DNA of 64,000 bases, from the NCBI GenBank assembly GCA_964016885.1, contig OZ024746.1:57040001-57104000 (forward strand), read 5' to 3'. This stretch comes from Eledone cirrhosa (Eukaryota). Of this stretch, positions 14,484 to 29,515 are shown in pieces. Both the position numbers and the translations under genes were made by a program. The notes beneath the pieces were generated by a model. The model did no database searches. It was not told where the DNA came from and saw only the letters and a program-made list of their open reading frames with translations. Position 1 is the first letter of the stretch. Each line of letters opens with the position of its first letter.

Positions 14484-14516
14484 TAAATAAATATATATAT
14501 ATATATGTATATACTT

Positions 14517-14820
14517 GAAAACGAAAAATCAGTGATGCATCTGAACTCCATTATTGTGTTACAATTGTTTCGCCGGCGGACAGCACAAGACGCGATGATT
14601 GTGTGGATCTGTGTGACTCTGGATTTGTGTGATTCTGGACCCGCAGGTTCGACCGACACGTGAGAGAATATGCTCCGAAATCATTAGTCGTGTCCGTTGA
14701 ACCTGCAGGTCCCAAATCAGACAGAACCACACAATGATCGCCTCTCGAGTTGTCAGCCGCCGAAACAATTGTAACACACAATAAATTCAGTTCTGATGCA
14801 TCACTGATTTTTCGTTCTCT
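14517..14820. mobile_element. ~300-bp palindromic fold-back (MITE-like) element; related partial copy at ~40808-40910
   Basis: Terminal inverted repeats aacgaaaaaatcagtgatgcatc / gatgcatcactgatttttcgtt, with pairing continuing to the centre. Confidence 0.75.
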
Positions 14821-15000
14821 ATTATATCATACTCTGCTCTGCAAGACCATAGAGTGCTCAACCGGCATGCCGCCTATGGAAGCATCTTAGCTACCACCAG
14901 ACACAAATATATATATTTATATATATATATATATATTTCGTTTCTGAATTCGTCTAGCAAGATTCTTTATCTGAAAACGTGTGTTGAAACCGATATTTTT

Positions 15001-18000
15001 ATACTTTGGGAGGGTCATGTTGCCAATAAGAAACACCCGCACCAGATGCATTCACTTCAATTTATTATAATAAATTTATAAATTTAGGAATTTATAAATT
15101 TCCGGTTGGTTCAACAACCAGATGATTGTTCATATATTGTCAAAGTTCTTTCGCCACACATTCTGTGACCTCTTCACTGACTGGGGATTATTTTCCTTGT
15201 TTTATACCTCTCCTTTGTTCTGTCCTACGCCATCTTGTTTGTCTGTGTGTTGTGTGCTTAGTTTGCGCATATGTTACATCCGGGTGTATGTGTGTGTCTA
15301 TATTTGTTTATTTATTTGTTTATTTATATGTAATTTGTGATGTTGCTGTTCCACTCATATTTTCTATTTAATTTTGGTTGGAGTTCATTTATGTTTATTG
15401 TCTCTGTGATTTGTCTAAACATTGCGTCTTTTCTGTGTGTAGATTCTATTTTTATATCTATGTTCTCTAATTTACCCTTATGTTCTATTTTAGCATGTTG
15501 GTAGAGTACAGATCATTCTTTACTATCTTGAAGATCTCGCTATTGTTCATTTATCCGTTCCCCTATACTACGAGTTATCTCACCTATGTACACTATATTC
15601 TTATCTCTACATTGTCCTTCCCTACATCTTATGCTATATACTACATTTCTAGTTTTACAGTTAATATGGGGGCTTAATTTACAGATTATACATTTCTTAT
15701 CTATACAGGGAGGTCATTGAAAAGGGTATGTATTGCTAATAAGTGTTTTTATCGAGGTACCTGGTCTTTCTAGTGTCTTAATATTGAGTTTATGTTTAGC
15801 TAGGGCCCTTCTAAATTTGTAAGCTAATTCACCTCTAGGGGTTGTATCGATGAACATTACACTCTGGTATTTATTGCTATCATACCATGAGTTTATTCTA
15901 TTAGCCTTATTCCTAGTTCTTTCTATTCTATTCCAAAATTTGCTCCTATACAAGGGGCAGATCCCATTTGTGTCATTATTTACCATTTTTTTCCATTTGG
16001 TTCTGGCTCCTCCATATACTCTGATTTTATCTCTCTGATTGTAACCAGAGAACTGCATACGGTGGATGAACTGTTGTATGTGTCTATCTAGTTCTTTGGG
16101 GTTGCACATGCGGGACACGTTTCTCATTATCCTACTAAATCCGCAATCAGCATGGTCCGAAACAGCTGAGTTTCGGTGGATCAGATATTTGGAAGTCATG
16201 GGTTTGGCATAATGGGAATGGAGGATTTGTTTGTTGTTATTAATGGTTTCTAACCAGAGCTCTGTCTCTAGTACAGGTGATTGGTGGTTGGGGTGTTTGC
16301 TTGGGTCGTTTATAGTAACTCTAATACTCTGGTGTATGGAGTTAGCTATTTGCTGGATGCTTTCCGTGGTGTTTATCTCTAATTCCTGATTGTTCTCTAG
16401 TGGGGGTGCTTTTACTACGATGTTTATATCATCAACGTAGGGGGAGTACATTATCAGGGTTAAGCGGTTGCTGTCTTCAAATTGTTCTTTAAGTTTAAGT
16501 TTAAGTCTATTGTCCCACCATACCATGAATAGGTTAGCTCTGTCACCTGCAATGCTACCAATGACTGCTCCCTCCTCTTGGGCATATGTTTTTCCATTAA
16601 ATTTGAACATATGTTCCTTAAGGGTTAATTTTATGCTGGACCCCACCGCATGTGCAATCATTTTCTTTAGTTCATCGTGGTTTTCGGGGGTCCGTATGGC
16701 CCTGCTCCACCCGCTCCATATATCTGTGGGGGTTTTCTTGGCCATTGAGGTCATGGTAGGTGGTCTGCCTCTTGCTGGTCTTGTAGGGCACAGGTTGCTA
16801 AGGCCATATGTATCTAGATAAACATTACTATAGGTAAGTTTAAGTAGGAGTCCCAGCTCACTGGTATTAATCCCACGGAATTAAACAATGCTCTCACTGA
16901 TTATTTCTACACATTTCTCCACAGCAAAATCCACGTCAATAGATGGATACAGGGACACCGACATCCATACTACATATTATGCAGTTTGTTAGGTCCGTAG
17001 ATCGGTTACTCTCGCCGATTCTGCATAGGAGGTCCTCCGTGCTGTCACATATATCTGGGGACATTTCAATGATGGGGCGTATGATCAGGGAGATGAAGTA
17101 GAAAAGTCTGTAGTTACTAGCAATTTTAGCTCTACAGACTGGCCGTGTTGGTGGTCCTGTGACAGTCTCACTGCTCGTTTTATGGTCTTTTCGAAGCCCA
17201 TAATACGCTGGTACGTCATTGTTCCAGGCCCGGAAGTTGTTGTCAGTCCTTTTGTTGGGCTGCATTATATTTTTCCACATCATCATATGGGAATTGAGGG
17301 CTTTTTTCCTATCCTCATGCTCTTGTGGTGTTACTTATCTTGTGTTAGTGATATGGGGTTGCATGATGGAGTTGCTTGGATGTAGTTTGACAGACTGTCA
17401 ATCGACATTCTGCCAGACTTGTCTGTTGGAAAGCATGCAATCTCTCCATTACGCGAGCGCTGCATGAGCTTACGCAAGACATTTGCAGATTTTTCTCCCA
17501 GTTGCTGGGCCTCCATTCTATTATGCTTCTTGCTATACTGTCCTATAATATTTCTAAGTTTAGATCTAGCTATACTAAATTGTGCTTCTGTTTGTTCATC
17601 GACCTGTGACGGCAATTGCGTGCGTTTGTTAAAAGCTAAAGTCGTTGCGTGGACTCGTCGCAGGTCGAACGATTTATCGGAAGGATTATAAAAAGTAGAG
17701 TTCCAGGCTGCTGCTTTATGTGTACTAATGCTATTGTTATTGTTAGTTATGTTGTTTATATTTCTATTTCCACCTAATGGTTGTTTCTATTTCTATTATT
17801 ATTACTCCTATCTCTTTCCTCTGGCTCATTGTTATTATCTACTCTATTTTGTGTGTCTGTGTGTTCGTCCTGGTTATTTTCTCTGTCCATAGTCTCCCTT
17901 CTCCTTGCAATCCTATTACCCTCCCTTGTTTATGTGCTACTGTCATTACCTGTTTTCTGTGTCTGTGTGTTTGTTAATATTGTGGTGGTGGTCAGAGGAA

Positions 18001-18872
18001 TAGTATGTGTGTATTTTGTTGTTGTTGTTGTTGATGTGTGCTGTTGTTGATGTGTGTTGTTGTTGTTGTCTCCGTGTATGTTATTATTGTTGTGTGTGTT
18101 GTTATTGTTGTTTGTGGCTGCGGTGTCCGTTGTTGTTGTTTCTGAGTATGTTATTATTGTTGATGTGTGTGTTGTTGTTATCGTTGTTTGTGTCTGTGTG
18201 TCTGTTGTTGTTGGGATGTGTGTTGTATATGTGTGTGTGTGCGTATGTTGTTATTTTTGTTTTTGTTTTTGAGGCTCCAACGTTGATTTTTCTATTTCTG
18301 ACAAGCATTTTCTCATATTTACCTTATTGTATGTGGCATATTTAGGTGGTAGTTGTAATATCGATAATTCATCAGAGTCGACCGTAGTGTTGCCGTATAT
18401 ATGTGTGTTGTTGTTGTTGAATTCATCTGTTAATGAGATATCGGCCATATTTATACCGTCAATTTTGTCGGGATATCTATCGATATTCACTAAAGTATCT
18501 TGATTTAGTTTTATCTGTTTGAGCCACTTTAGTTTCTTGTTAAAGTACGTGTCACATTCTTGAACAATGTATTTTTCTTCAAGATATATAAGGTTTATAA
18601 ATATAAACTTTTCTTTTGGTGTGGTGAACTTAGTTATTTCTTTTATTAGGTTACGCTTATGTTTTTCTTGATGACTTAATTCTCTGTAAATCTTCTTTTT
18701 TACGTTTAGAATTAATGTTCGTTTTAGCCTATCTGCTTGCTTTTTGGTGAGTTGTAATCTTCTTACATCGGTGTTGATGGTGTTGGTGTAAACTCGGGAC
18801 GAGGCACATTCTTTTATGAAGTGTAGTTGTCGAGATGTTATTGTTTTTCATAGACAACAGAACATGGTTTTT

Positions 18873-18876
<4 letters not shown>
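15001..18876 (-). mobile_element. near full-length, disrupted Penelope-like element related to family A
   Basis: N-terminal LSILQLPPKYA..EIEK, PTDKSG, YYGLRKDHK..GPPTRPV, CSMDV, YSPYVDDI, then GIY-YIG (VVYSIRC..YIGE..RSIGERI) at about 15370-15700. Multiple frameshifts. Confidence 0.9.
15139..15181 (-). ncRNA. hammerhead motif in PLE terminus (C3 replaced by G)
   Basis: gtca-gtgaaga-g-gtcaca gaatg tgtggc-gaaagaact-t-tgac. Stems I and II pair. Confidence 0.55.
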
Positions 18877-18949
<73 letters not shown>

Positions 18950-19899
18950 GTGGAGGCAATCACCAGAGGACATACATTAAGTATAAGATATTATATTTTC
19001 ACATTAAAGCGTTCTTATTCCATATTGAACGTTACATATGTACATTCGCTGATGATCGGATTTTTTGAGTTTATGAGTGAGTTCGTAATTCATTATATGA
19101 CATGTAGTCACTCCTAGGTACGCAGAAATATATAACGAGTATGAAGATCAATAAGTAATAAATATACATAACTAAAAACAGAAACATTTTTTCTTCTTTA
19201 GGTCTGGCTGTGCTTAGCAACGAAATATTGTTTCAATTATGTTACAAAACCACCAAAAACTGCTCCCACTGCTATCATAGAAAACCCTGAAAAATGTTTA
19301 TACACATACGTTTATGTAGCAAACCTGAAAGTATGTTCCAAGCACCAGATACATACTAAAACAATTGTAACCTTAGAAATTCCCTTCACAATTTTGAACA
19401 TATTTCGAAATTTCATGCAAGTTATAAAGGCCTTTCGAAAAAATATGGTAATGAAAGTATTAAAATCGGTGCAATAAGATATTGACTATTAAGTACCGAT
19501 ATCATAAAGAACTAGTGTATCGAATGGTTGGGCGGCATTTGTGAAATGCTACAACCCATGTTACATGAAATTGTAGCACGATAGAAATAAATGGCAAATG
19601 TATTTAGTTTCAAACATCTAAAATAAACATCATTAATCATATACTTTGGAAGATATCCCAAACTTTTCAATCAATATTGATATTATTTCTATCTATTTTC
19701 AGATGAATTAAAAAGCTAATTTTATCACATTCGTGGATATCTATCCTAAGTGACATATCGAATAAAGCAATGTAATATATATATATATATATACATTTAT
19801 ATACAGGATTTTTCATTCTGAGGATTGAAAGCAAAACCTTTTGCTTTTAAGAAACCACTGGTAAATGGAATAATTGCCTTATGTTGTTTATTACATAAT

Positions 19900-19974
<75 letters not shown>

Positions 19975-20020
19975 GATAAATCTACCAAGAGTTTACGGTA
20001 GTGTCCAATCCGTATGAAGA

Positions 20021-20220
20021 NNNNNNNNNNNNNNNNNNNNNNNNNNNNNNNNNNNNNNNNNNNNNNNNNNNNNNNNNNNNNNNNNNNNNNNNNNNNNNNN
20101 NNNNNNNNNNNNNNNNNNNNNNNNNNNNNNNNNNNNNNNNNNNNNNNNNNNNNNNNNNNNNNNNNNNNNNNNNNNNNNNNNNNNNNNNNNNNNNNNNNNN
20201 NNNNNNNNNNNNNNNNNNNN
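20021..20220. other. assembly gap (200 N)
   Basis: Run of N. Confidence 1.
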
Positions 20221-20225
20221 TTAAC

Positions 20226-20375
20226 CATTTGTATTACTGGTACTTTATTTCCTCGATCCCGTAAGGATGAAAATCAAAGCTAACCTCGGCGGGATTTGAA
20301 CTCAGAATGGCAAGGGCCGTAACTCTTTGCTGCAAAGTATGGCCTCCGACCCTCTACGGCTACTTCGAATCCACG
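20226..20375 (-). mobile_element. tRNA-type SINE copy
   Basis: Matches the family core (tactggtactttattt..gatcccgtaaggatgaaa..aacctcggcgggatttgaactcag). Confidence 0.8.
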
Positions 20376-20499
20376 AATTATTAGATCTAATAATATTGGT
20401 TGTTCAAATGTACTGAAATAATTAATATTGTTGTTTCAACTCCATAAACTATTGTTGTCGAACAATATGAGTAAGAATTCTTATTTCAGTCTGTCAAGC

Positions 20500-20564
20500 T
20501 TATAGCAGCGTAAATGGAGATGTTAGTTAAGTTATTGGCAACATGACCCTTCCAAAGTATAACA

Positions 20565-20565
<1 letters not shown>
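20500..20565 (+). mobile_element. solo 3' terminus of PLE family A
   Basis: attggcaacatgacccttccaaagtata matches the reverse complement of 15001-15030. Confidence 0.55.
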
Positions 20566-20661
<96 letters not shown>

Positions 20662-20665
20662 AATA

Positions 20666-20700
<35 letters not shown>

Positions 20701-20773
20701 GTATATATCTGTGTATATATATATATATATGTATATATATAGACATATATATATATATACATATATATGTGTA

Positions 20774-20864
<91 letters not shown>

Positions 20865-21359
20865 GTATATATATATATACATAAATATATATATATATAT
20901 ATATATTTATGTAATTAAGTTAAAAATGTACATCCACATATGTATACTGAAATACTAGTATGCATATGAATAGACACACGTGTACATATGTAGATGTACC
21001 GAGTTTTTCACTGGACACTTTACTGTGAGTGTTCAGCTATTCTGTATGTAAACACACAGACAAACCGGTTTTTAGAGTCATACTGGTTTTCGAGGAAACA
21101 CCTTTCCTCTATTCTCCAGAAAGCCAGACAGGAATATTGGACTAGTTTCGATGTTGTTACATCTCATCAGCAATATTTACCTACCTCCGGCCTTTCTAGA
21201 GAATCGTAAAAGCACATATCGTTATATGCTTTTTCTATGAAAATTAGTAGTGGGCAGACTAATTTGCATAGAGCGTGAGTACGTACCGGTTCAGCGGAGA
21301 CGATAAAAACAAATAACGAAACGAAATTAAATTTAATTTCGTTTCGTTATTTGTATATT

Positions 21360-21394
<35 letters not shown>

Positions 21395-21408
21395 ATATAT
21401 ATATATAC

Positions 21409-21567
<159 letters not shown>

Positions 21568-22317
21568 TATATATATATATAAATATACACATACACACAC
21601 ACACATATGTATATATGTATGTATATATACATGTATATATATAGAGAGAGATAGAGACGGAGAGAGAGCGATAGATAGAGAGATAGAGAGATAGAGAGAG
21701 GGTGAGTAATAAGATAGATAGATAGAAATATAAATATATAGAAAGAAACGTGCCTGTATATGAGTGTCTCGTATAGTATATATAATATATATTTAAACAG
21801 AAAACAATATAGTATTGAATTGAACAAAACAAAGTAGGATCTATGAACAAAGAAAACGGCATGTATATTTACAGCATAACAAATATTGTGGATCCGTTGA
21901 CGTCATCATTAATACTAAAAAGGAATGACTTAATTGGGCGAATTAATACTTAATTGAAAAGCACCAGAATAAATGTTTATATATTTATATACACAGATGA
22001 AAGTAAACTAAACGGAAAAGCAAATATATTTGATATACAATGGAAAACTAATTATTTTCTGAGCATATTACCCATAGATAAGAACTATATTAATTTTATA
22101 AGTTGAATACATACGTACGATATAAAATAATAGCAATAAAACGAAAGTGCACATACAGACAGAAAAAAAAAACATCTGGAGTATATACACTTATGCACAC
22201 ATACAACCATATACGTGCATACACACACACACATATATATATATATATGCGCCGGTGTGTGTGTTAGTGTTTTCTACAATACATGTGTTTGTGTGCATGT
22301 ATGTTTATATTTACATT

Positions 22318-22378
<61 letters not shown>

Positions 22379-22393
22379 ATATTTTGGGAAACG

Positions 22394-22428
<35 letters not shown>

Positions 22429-22456
22429 TATATATACATATATTATATATATATAT

Positions 22457-22488
<32 letters not shown>

Positions 22489-23411
22489 TATACATTTATA
22501 GATGTATTGATATATATATGTATATGTGTGAGTGTGTGTGTGTGTATGTGTGTGTTTGTGGGTGTGCGTGGGTGTATGTGTCTATATATATTTTACTATG
22601 TATATATGTGTCCATGAATACATACTGTAAATGAATGCACATGTAAGGTGTTTGTAATAAATTAATTTTCTTCCATATATAATGTGCAATTCCTCCGTTG
22701 AAAATTATGCTTATTCAATTTATCTCAATTTTTTCTGAACTCACTATATTTTAGTGAAAACAAAAAGAAAAAGAAAAAAGTAAAAAGCATATGTACATGC
22801 TGTCTTCTGCTTGTTTTAATCTCATGAAAATCGGCCAGTGTTTATGAACTTTCTGTGATTTTAGTGACCTATAATATTACGGGATTCATCCGGTAGATGT
22901 ACTCATGATTGAAGGGAAACTAGTGAATGTGCCGAATGTTGCTAATCTAAAGAAATGCACTAAACCCAAGAACGTGCACGGGTTGTTGAAGCCCTATCAG
23001 TTTTTGCACTCCTACTGACCTATGACATAATCAAATTAGGCGTTCACATATATTTGTGCGGAAAGAATTCCATAACCAATAACAGATATTAATAACTGAC
23101 GGGAACGTTACTAATACAAGGATATACCCTAAAACTTCCCAATTGTATGATATTGTTGAGGCCCCTGTCTGTTTGGCCGGACGGCTATAAGTGAAAAGTT
23201 ATAACCACTGTGCATAATATTTCGACTATAGTATTTCATATGTTCTTCACAAGTTGATGTGTGTGATTGTTACAAATTGTTTGAGTAAGCTTAACTTACC
23301 TGTGTATAGCAGGCGCAATGATTAGAGGTCGTATGCATATTATCATGAATATATTGGGTCCTCGCTGACATGGTGCTAAATAAGAATGTGAACGATTAGC
23401 ATTATTTAGGA

Positions 23412-23505
23412 AATTAACTTTGCCTTTCATCCTTAAGGGGTCGATAAAATAAAGTACCAGTAATACACTGGAATAACTGCTGGCCTTGTGCTAAAAGTAG
23501 AAACA
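23412..23505 (+). mobile_element. 5'-truncated SINE with 11-bp TSD attatttagga
   Basis: Core actttgcctttcatcctt..ggggtcgataaaataaagtaccag. TSD at 23401-23411 and 23506-23516. Confidence 0.85.
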
Positions 23506-23684
23506 ATTATTTAGGATATTCTTTGTTCTATTCCCCTTCTATTTCCGTTGCCTATAGAATATGTGGGTAATCATACCTATCAAAGAGAAGCAGAATTTGA
23601 ACTAAAAGCGCACTGAATCCGATCAGATTGGATATTGCAATGCATTCTGACTAACTCTAACACGCCCATCCACCAATCCTACTC

Positions 23685-23820
23685 TATTGTATTAGTACAT
23701 TCCTTATCGATCCCGAAATATTGAAAGTCAAATTTCACCACCAGGGAATTTTAGCTCAGATCATTTTAGCTCAGTCGGAACAAGTATTAAAGCATTTAAG
23801 CCAAAACTCTAAAGACTCTG
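23685..23820 (-). mobile_element. degenerate SINE
   Basis: ttatcgatcccgaaatattgaaagtcaa..gggaattttagctcaga resembles the family core. Confidence 0.5.
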
Positions 23821-24489
23821 TCAACTAGAAGGATTTCCAATATATTCAGGAGAGATAATGACTAATTTATTTCTATTTTTTACTGAATAAATCTATCAGT
23901 GACAACTGACAGACAAATGATTTCTTGAGATTTATAATCATTCCACTGGCCTGAAGATGCATTTAGGGTGTACTCATCAGTATTTCGTTCTCTCATAGCA
24001 ATGTAGAGATGTCATCAAATATATACCATTTAAGTTGGTAAATTTGCATTAGAAAGACCGTATTAATTGTTTATGAATACCTATCTTAATTCTCAAACAT
24101 ATATCCCTGAAAGACATAACGAAAAAAGACGATTGTAAAACAGTGAAGCGGAGAAGGATCGGTATGGGGAATTTTGAATCAAATCTCTGTTGATAGCAGG
24201 TCAGTAAGAGTGAAACCATAAACTCACCGTAGAACAGACTGATTCGATGAGGAAGATCGATGCTCACATAAGGGAAACAAACGAATCACATACAGTAATT
24301 GAATTTTGTGCTAGTCAGATATAAATATATTATTGTCCAAAACGACGACATAGTTTCTTGTGTAAGATAACCCCAATTAAATTTGTAATTTGAAATTGAG
24401 ATTTTTTCCATATTGTGGTTTGCTTCCCTTTCTTGTTGGAATATACAATAGTATTGACCTTTTATTAAAAATAATAGCTTCTGATTTAG

Positions 24490-24571
24490 AGAAAGTCGAT
24501 TAAATCGACCCAGTGTATTACTGCTAATTTATTTAATGATCTCGTAAGGACGAAAGGCAAAGCTAGCCTCA
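24490..24571 (-). mobile_element. degenerate SINE fragment
   Basis: gtcgattaaatcgacccagtgtattactg..cgtaaggacgaaaggcaaag. Confidence 0.55.
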
Positions 24572-25814
24572 TATTCGAAATAATATCCACAAAGAATGGT
24601 GGTTTAAATGCAATGTGGAAACATGTTAATATATTAGAGTTTTAAATATCATTGTTACCGTTGGAAATGGCGACAGTGTTCCTGTAGTGTCTATCTCGAA
24701 ATAAAAAAAAGGGTTTTAGATATAAATGTTGAAGCCAAATGGGAAACAAATACCGAGTTGAAATTGTATATTTATCGGAGGTGTAATTGCATTTCAGCAA
24801 TGAATTACAAAATGTATTGTTGTTTATGTAGAGATGTGTTGGCAAATTCAAGTTAGGGAGTGTGCAGTAGCTGCGATATACAAAATTATTATTTGGTTTA
24901 CTTATATTTATGTATCAGGCGTCATGAAACTTTACAAAATGTCTAACAAGATTAGAAAAAAAGTATGGGTTATCCTTCTGAGGAGATGGCCATTAATAAA
25001 TCATTATACAAATGACAAATATGCTGCAATGTGATTCAAGAAAAAAAAAGATATAGCACAAACATAATGTCACTATTATCTTGTTCAATTTTAAATAACT
25101 GAGAGAGATAGGGAAAGAAGTGGAGGTGAGAGATTCCTTAGATTTGACTTGAGGCAATAGGTTATTGTGATTGCTGTAGATAATCCATTGAAAGCGTTAT
25201 TTAGAGAGACGTTTTCAAATAAATTGCTGTATTAATTAGTATAGATTATTTAGATTTATTAAACTAATGAGATGAGTGAGTATTTAAATGTATTTCTCTC
25301 TCTAAAGCCGCAATCAATTGGCAACACATTCGTATAGAGCGCATTAAAAAATATCTAAAACGTCGGGAAAATATATTGCGGTGTTCTTGTACTCTGCAAT
25401 CAGATTTCAGTCAGAATTATCAGAAATTGCAATATGTGCTTTGGATTTGCCCTCTTCATTCTATCGGAAATATAAATTACTAATGCAGTGCGACGAATTG
25501 GTGGAATGGGGAGAACGTCGAGTGTATTGCGTTACAGTATTCCGCTACTATTTGCGTTTGATGATAGACATAATGTCTTGATATGCTTAATCAGAGGTGA
25601 TCTAAGTATGAACAATGACCGCAACAGCAGCAAATCTCTATTAATGTTATTATTATAAATATTTAATACACGGAATATTGGTAAATGTGCTATTACGCAT
25701 TGTAGAATATACATACTAAGAAGTCTATCTATCTTTCTCATTCTCTCTCTAAGTATATATATATATAACATATGTATATGTTTATACCGACACACAGACA
25801 TGCACACGCATACT

Positions 25815-25944
<130 letters not shown>

Positions 25945-27276
25945 TGTGTAGGTATGTATACATTTATATTTAATTATCTATTTATTTGTTATATATATAT
26001 ATATATATTGTCATTGAAGTTGACCCTTTGGAGAATAATGTAAATTCCACGCAATACAGCCATCATTTTAACATAGCGCATAAGACGCGTTCAATGGCGG
26101 CATAAATACATGAAAGGATATCTTATTTTTAGCGACATTACATTATGCTGTAGATGGACAGTATATGTAGTTTTTTTTATTCTACTTGGTATTACTCTCG
26201 CTTATTCGCACTGGGGAGATATTAAATATACTGCCTAATACTTGTGCCAATTATAGATATATACTTGTCTAGAGCTTATGATTGTAAAGGGAATACAAGT
26301 TTGCCAATATAACTATTCAATTTAATATAAAGAGCAAGCTAAAAAAAAATGAATCTCTATTTTATATATCATTCACTCTCCTTTTGTCTGTTTTTCTTAT
26401 GGTATATACCATCATATATACATACATTCATACACACTCACAAACACACAAACCCATACATATATATATATATATATATATAACTTGAGAGATAGAGAGA
26501 GTGATAGAGAAAGAGACATGTATTATTTTTCTATATCTATAGAAATGAAAATAACAATATTTACGTCATAGACACGTGTATGTAGTCATGCATATCATCC
26601 GCACTTATATATATTATCGCTAAGAGATTTTTGTAATTCTATTAAAATCAACTCATGTCTATTGTAAATACACGATCACAATATGCCAAACATTTTGGAA
26701 TCAAAATCCTAGGTTATAAATGTGAAGCGATAGCGCAATTCTTTTAGAAATGCCTATATCTATATTACTAAATGCTTCAACCTCATCTAAAGTCCACCCG
26801 AGATTATATTAATAAAAACTCACCAAGATGAAACGTAGTGAGCTCGACCCCGTATTCTCTTCTCAGAATTACCAAATATAATTCTAAACTAGTCAACTAA
26901 ACCTGGTGGCTAGTCTATATATCATGTTAACCTCGCGTAGTCACCAGGTCTTTATCGCGAAGCCGTATTTGCAAAGCGGCGGACTATAGAATTGAACCTG
27001 GCAGTCGTTATTGTGAAACGCAGATCTAACTCGTTCAACCATGCATGGACCCACGCTTATTTATTATATTCGGAGGAGATTTTTCCATCACACGTAAAGT
27101 CAATAGAAACACAGGAGTGTAGTATTTAGTGATCAGGCTTCTGTATTATAACAACCTAATCCCAGAGAATTAAGTTGATTTTGAAGGCACACTTTGTTTA
27201 CTTGCATTTCATCCTGTTTCTTTATATATATATACATATCTCCGCAATTGAAAATGGCATATATCGTTTTAACATG

Positions 27277-27320
<44 letters not shown>

Positions 27321-27328
27321 CCACACAC

Positions 27329-27374
<46 letters not shown>

Positions 27375-28244
27375 TCGTATCATTCAGATATGTGTTTCGG
27401 TATATAATGTACGCATATATATATGTATATTTACATATATATATGTGTGTGTCTGTGTTTATGTGTATGTGTGAGCGTGTGTGTGTGTGTATGTGTGTGT
27501 GTGAGTGTGAGTGTGTGTGTAGAACGCTTTTGTTTTCAGAGGTAATATTTGATTTTCGTTCCTTGTATATCGCTACCGCGTCTAAAATAATGAATGGAAA
27601 CAGATCAATACGAATCACTTTATACATTGTGACTTTTCGAAGAAAACAAAATAATTTATTGATAAAAAAATGTTCATATGAATGCTGCTCTTTGACTGTT
27701 TCATCGGGTGTGTATTTTCTAATGAGTATGTGCTTGATCGAATTTGCATTTAATCAAGCTTTTGTTTACTTAAGATATGAGCCAGACGCATAGGATTTCA
27801 GCATGCAGCTCAAATACAGATCCTTCACGTTAATGTGTAGGATTTAAGAGATAGTCTCTATTATTATCGAAGAGGATGTGCTGAAATAGGTTCGGATAAT
27901 CTTTAATAACTAAGGAATTATCTCACTCACATAGGCACACAAGCCAAACATATTTTGTTCAAACCCACTCCTGTTTCATCCTACTGTTTACTTCCTCATC
28001 TTAACCATCATTCCCTCCCCTCACCATGTCCTCTCATTTCCATTAAATTTGAAAAATCTTCCAGGTTATGAATAGAAGAGGTAACTAACCGAAACCGCCA
28101 AGATGGCGGTAGATGTTCTGTTTCCACTAATATACCTACGCAGCATCTAAGCATGTGTAGAGTACTTTGATTTATAGTCTACCGGCTCCAAGTATCGCAT
28201 TATATATATATATATATAGAAAGAGATATAGCGTAATAGAAAGA

Positions 28245-28465
28245 TAATTGTTTCTACTTTTGGCACATGGCCAGCAATTTTGCAGTGTATTACTGGTACT
28301 TTATTTGATCGATCCCGTAAGGATGAAAGGCAAAGGTAACCTCAGCGGGATTTGACCTCAGAATGACATGACAAGGGCCGTAGTTCTATGCGTCAAAGCA
28401 ATATAATTGTTTCTACTTCAGGTACAAGGCCAGCAATTACCCAGTGCTGGTACTTTATTTTATCG
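28245..28465 (-). mobile_element. two adjacent SINE copies (one longer, one 3' fragment)
   Basis: The tail attgtttctactt..ggccagcaatt occurs twice. Core gatcccgtaaggatgaaaggcaaag. Confidence 0.8.
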
Positions 28466-28500
28466 TGTTGTACTTCTCTCTCCCACATACAGACATAACA

Positions 28501-28593
<93 letters not shown>

Positions 28594-29323
28594 GTTTGTG
28601 TGTATGTGCGTGTTTATGCATGTGTATTAAACGGTGCTGTAGTTTGCTTGGAACATTATGTTAGTGTATATAACAATAAGTTATTTGAAGTCTACGACAT
28701 AATGTAGATTGGTCGGTAGATTTGGCGGTTCCTCTCATGATGTTTAATTGTCCAAATATTAAAAAAAACTATGATACGCAGTTCTTCGCGCCACACTGAA
28801 ACGGAGAGACAAGACAACCCCAATACCGAGAATACTAACCCACCGAACAATGCCTGCATACCACACGAAACATGAAGACCGGATCGGCACAGAGCAGGAC
28901 CGATCGCGGAAACAAGCGATTTACTTTTCCAAGCGAATATCCGCGGTCATCGATGTGTGTATTTGTTACTCTCCGGAATATTAAGCTATTTCTTAACATA
29001 AATCACAACATCACTTATATTTTACTAGTTCCCTAGCTAAATGCGAATCATCCGATAATATATATGTGAAAAATGTATAACACATTCCATCAAATATAAC
29101 CACACAGTTATTATATATATCAGAGTTGTATAAATTAGGGCACCATATAATGCATCACAGTGCATTATATGGAATTGCGAAACTGCCATAAAATCTACTA
29201 TAGTTAGGAATAATAATAAAAACAATTGCTGTGATACGTTACAGTAACAAACGCACATAGACAAACACATGTATAATTTCATACACAACCACATATGTAT
29301 AAATATACTTATTTATATGCATG

Positions 29324-29382
<59 letters not shown>

Positions 29383-29470
29383 ATAGGTACATACCAGATA
29401 TATATATGTATACTTATATATATGTATATAAATATATATATATATATATGTATGTATATATATATATATG

Positions 29471-29515
<45 letters not shown>

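Noticed and set aside
23945-24010. ctgaaga and ctcatcag boxes close together
   Set aside because: No matching GAAA box with closing stems on either strand.
28868-28925. Hammerhead-like atgaaga..gatcgg/ccgatc..gaaac
   Set aside because: No stem I or stem III pairing and no proper UH site.
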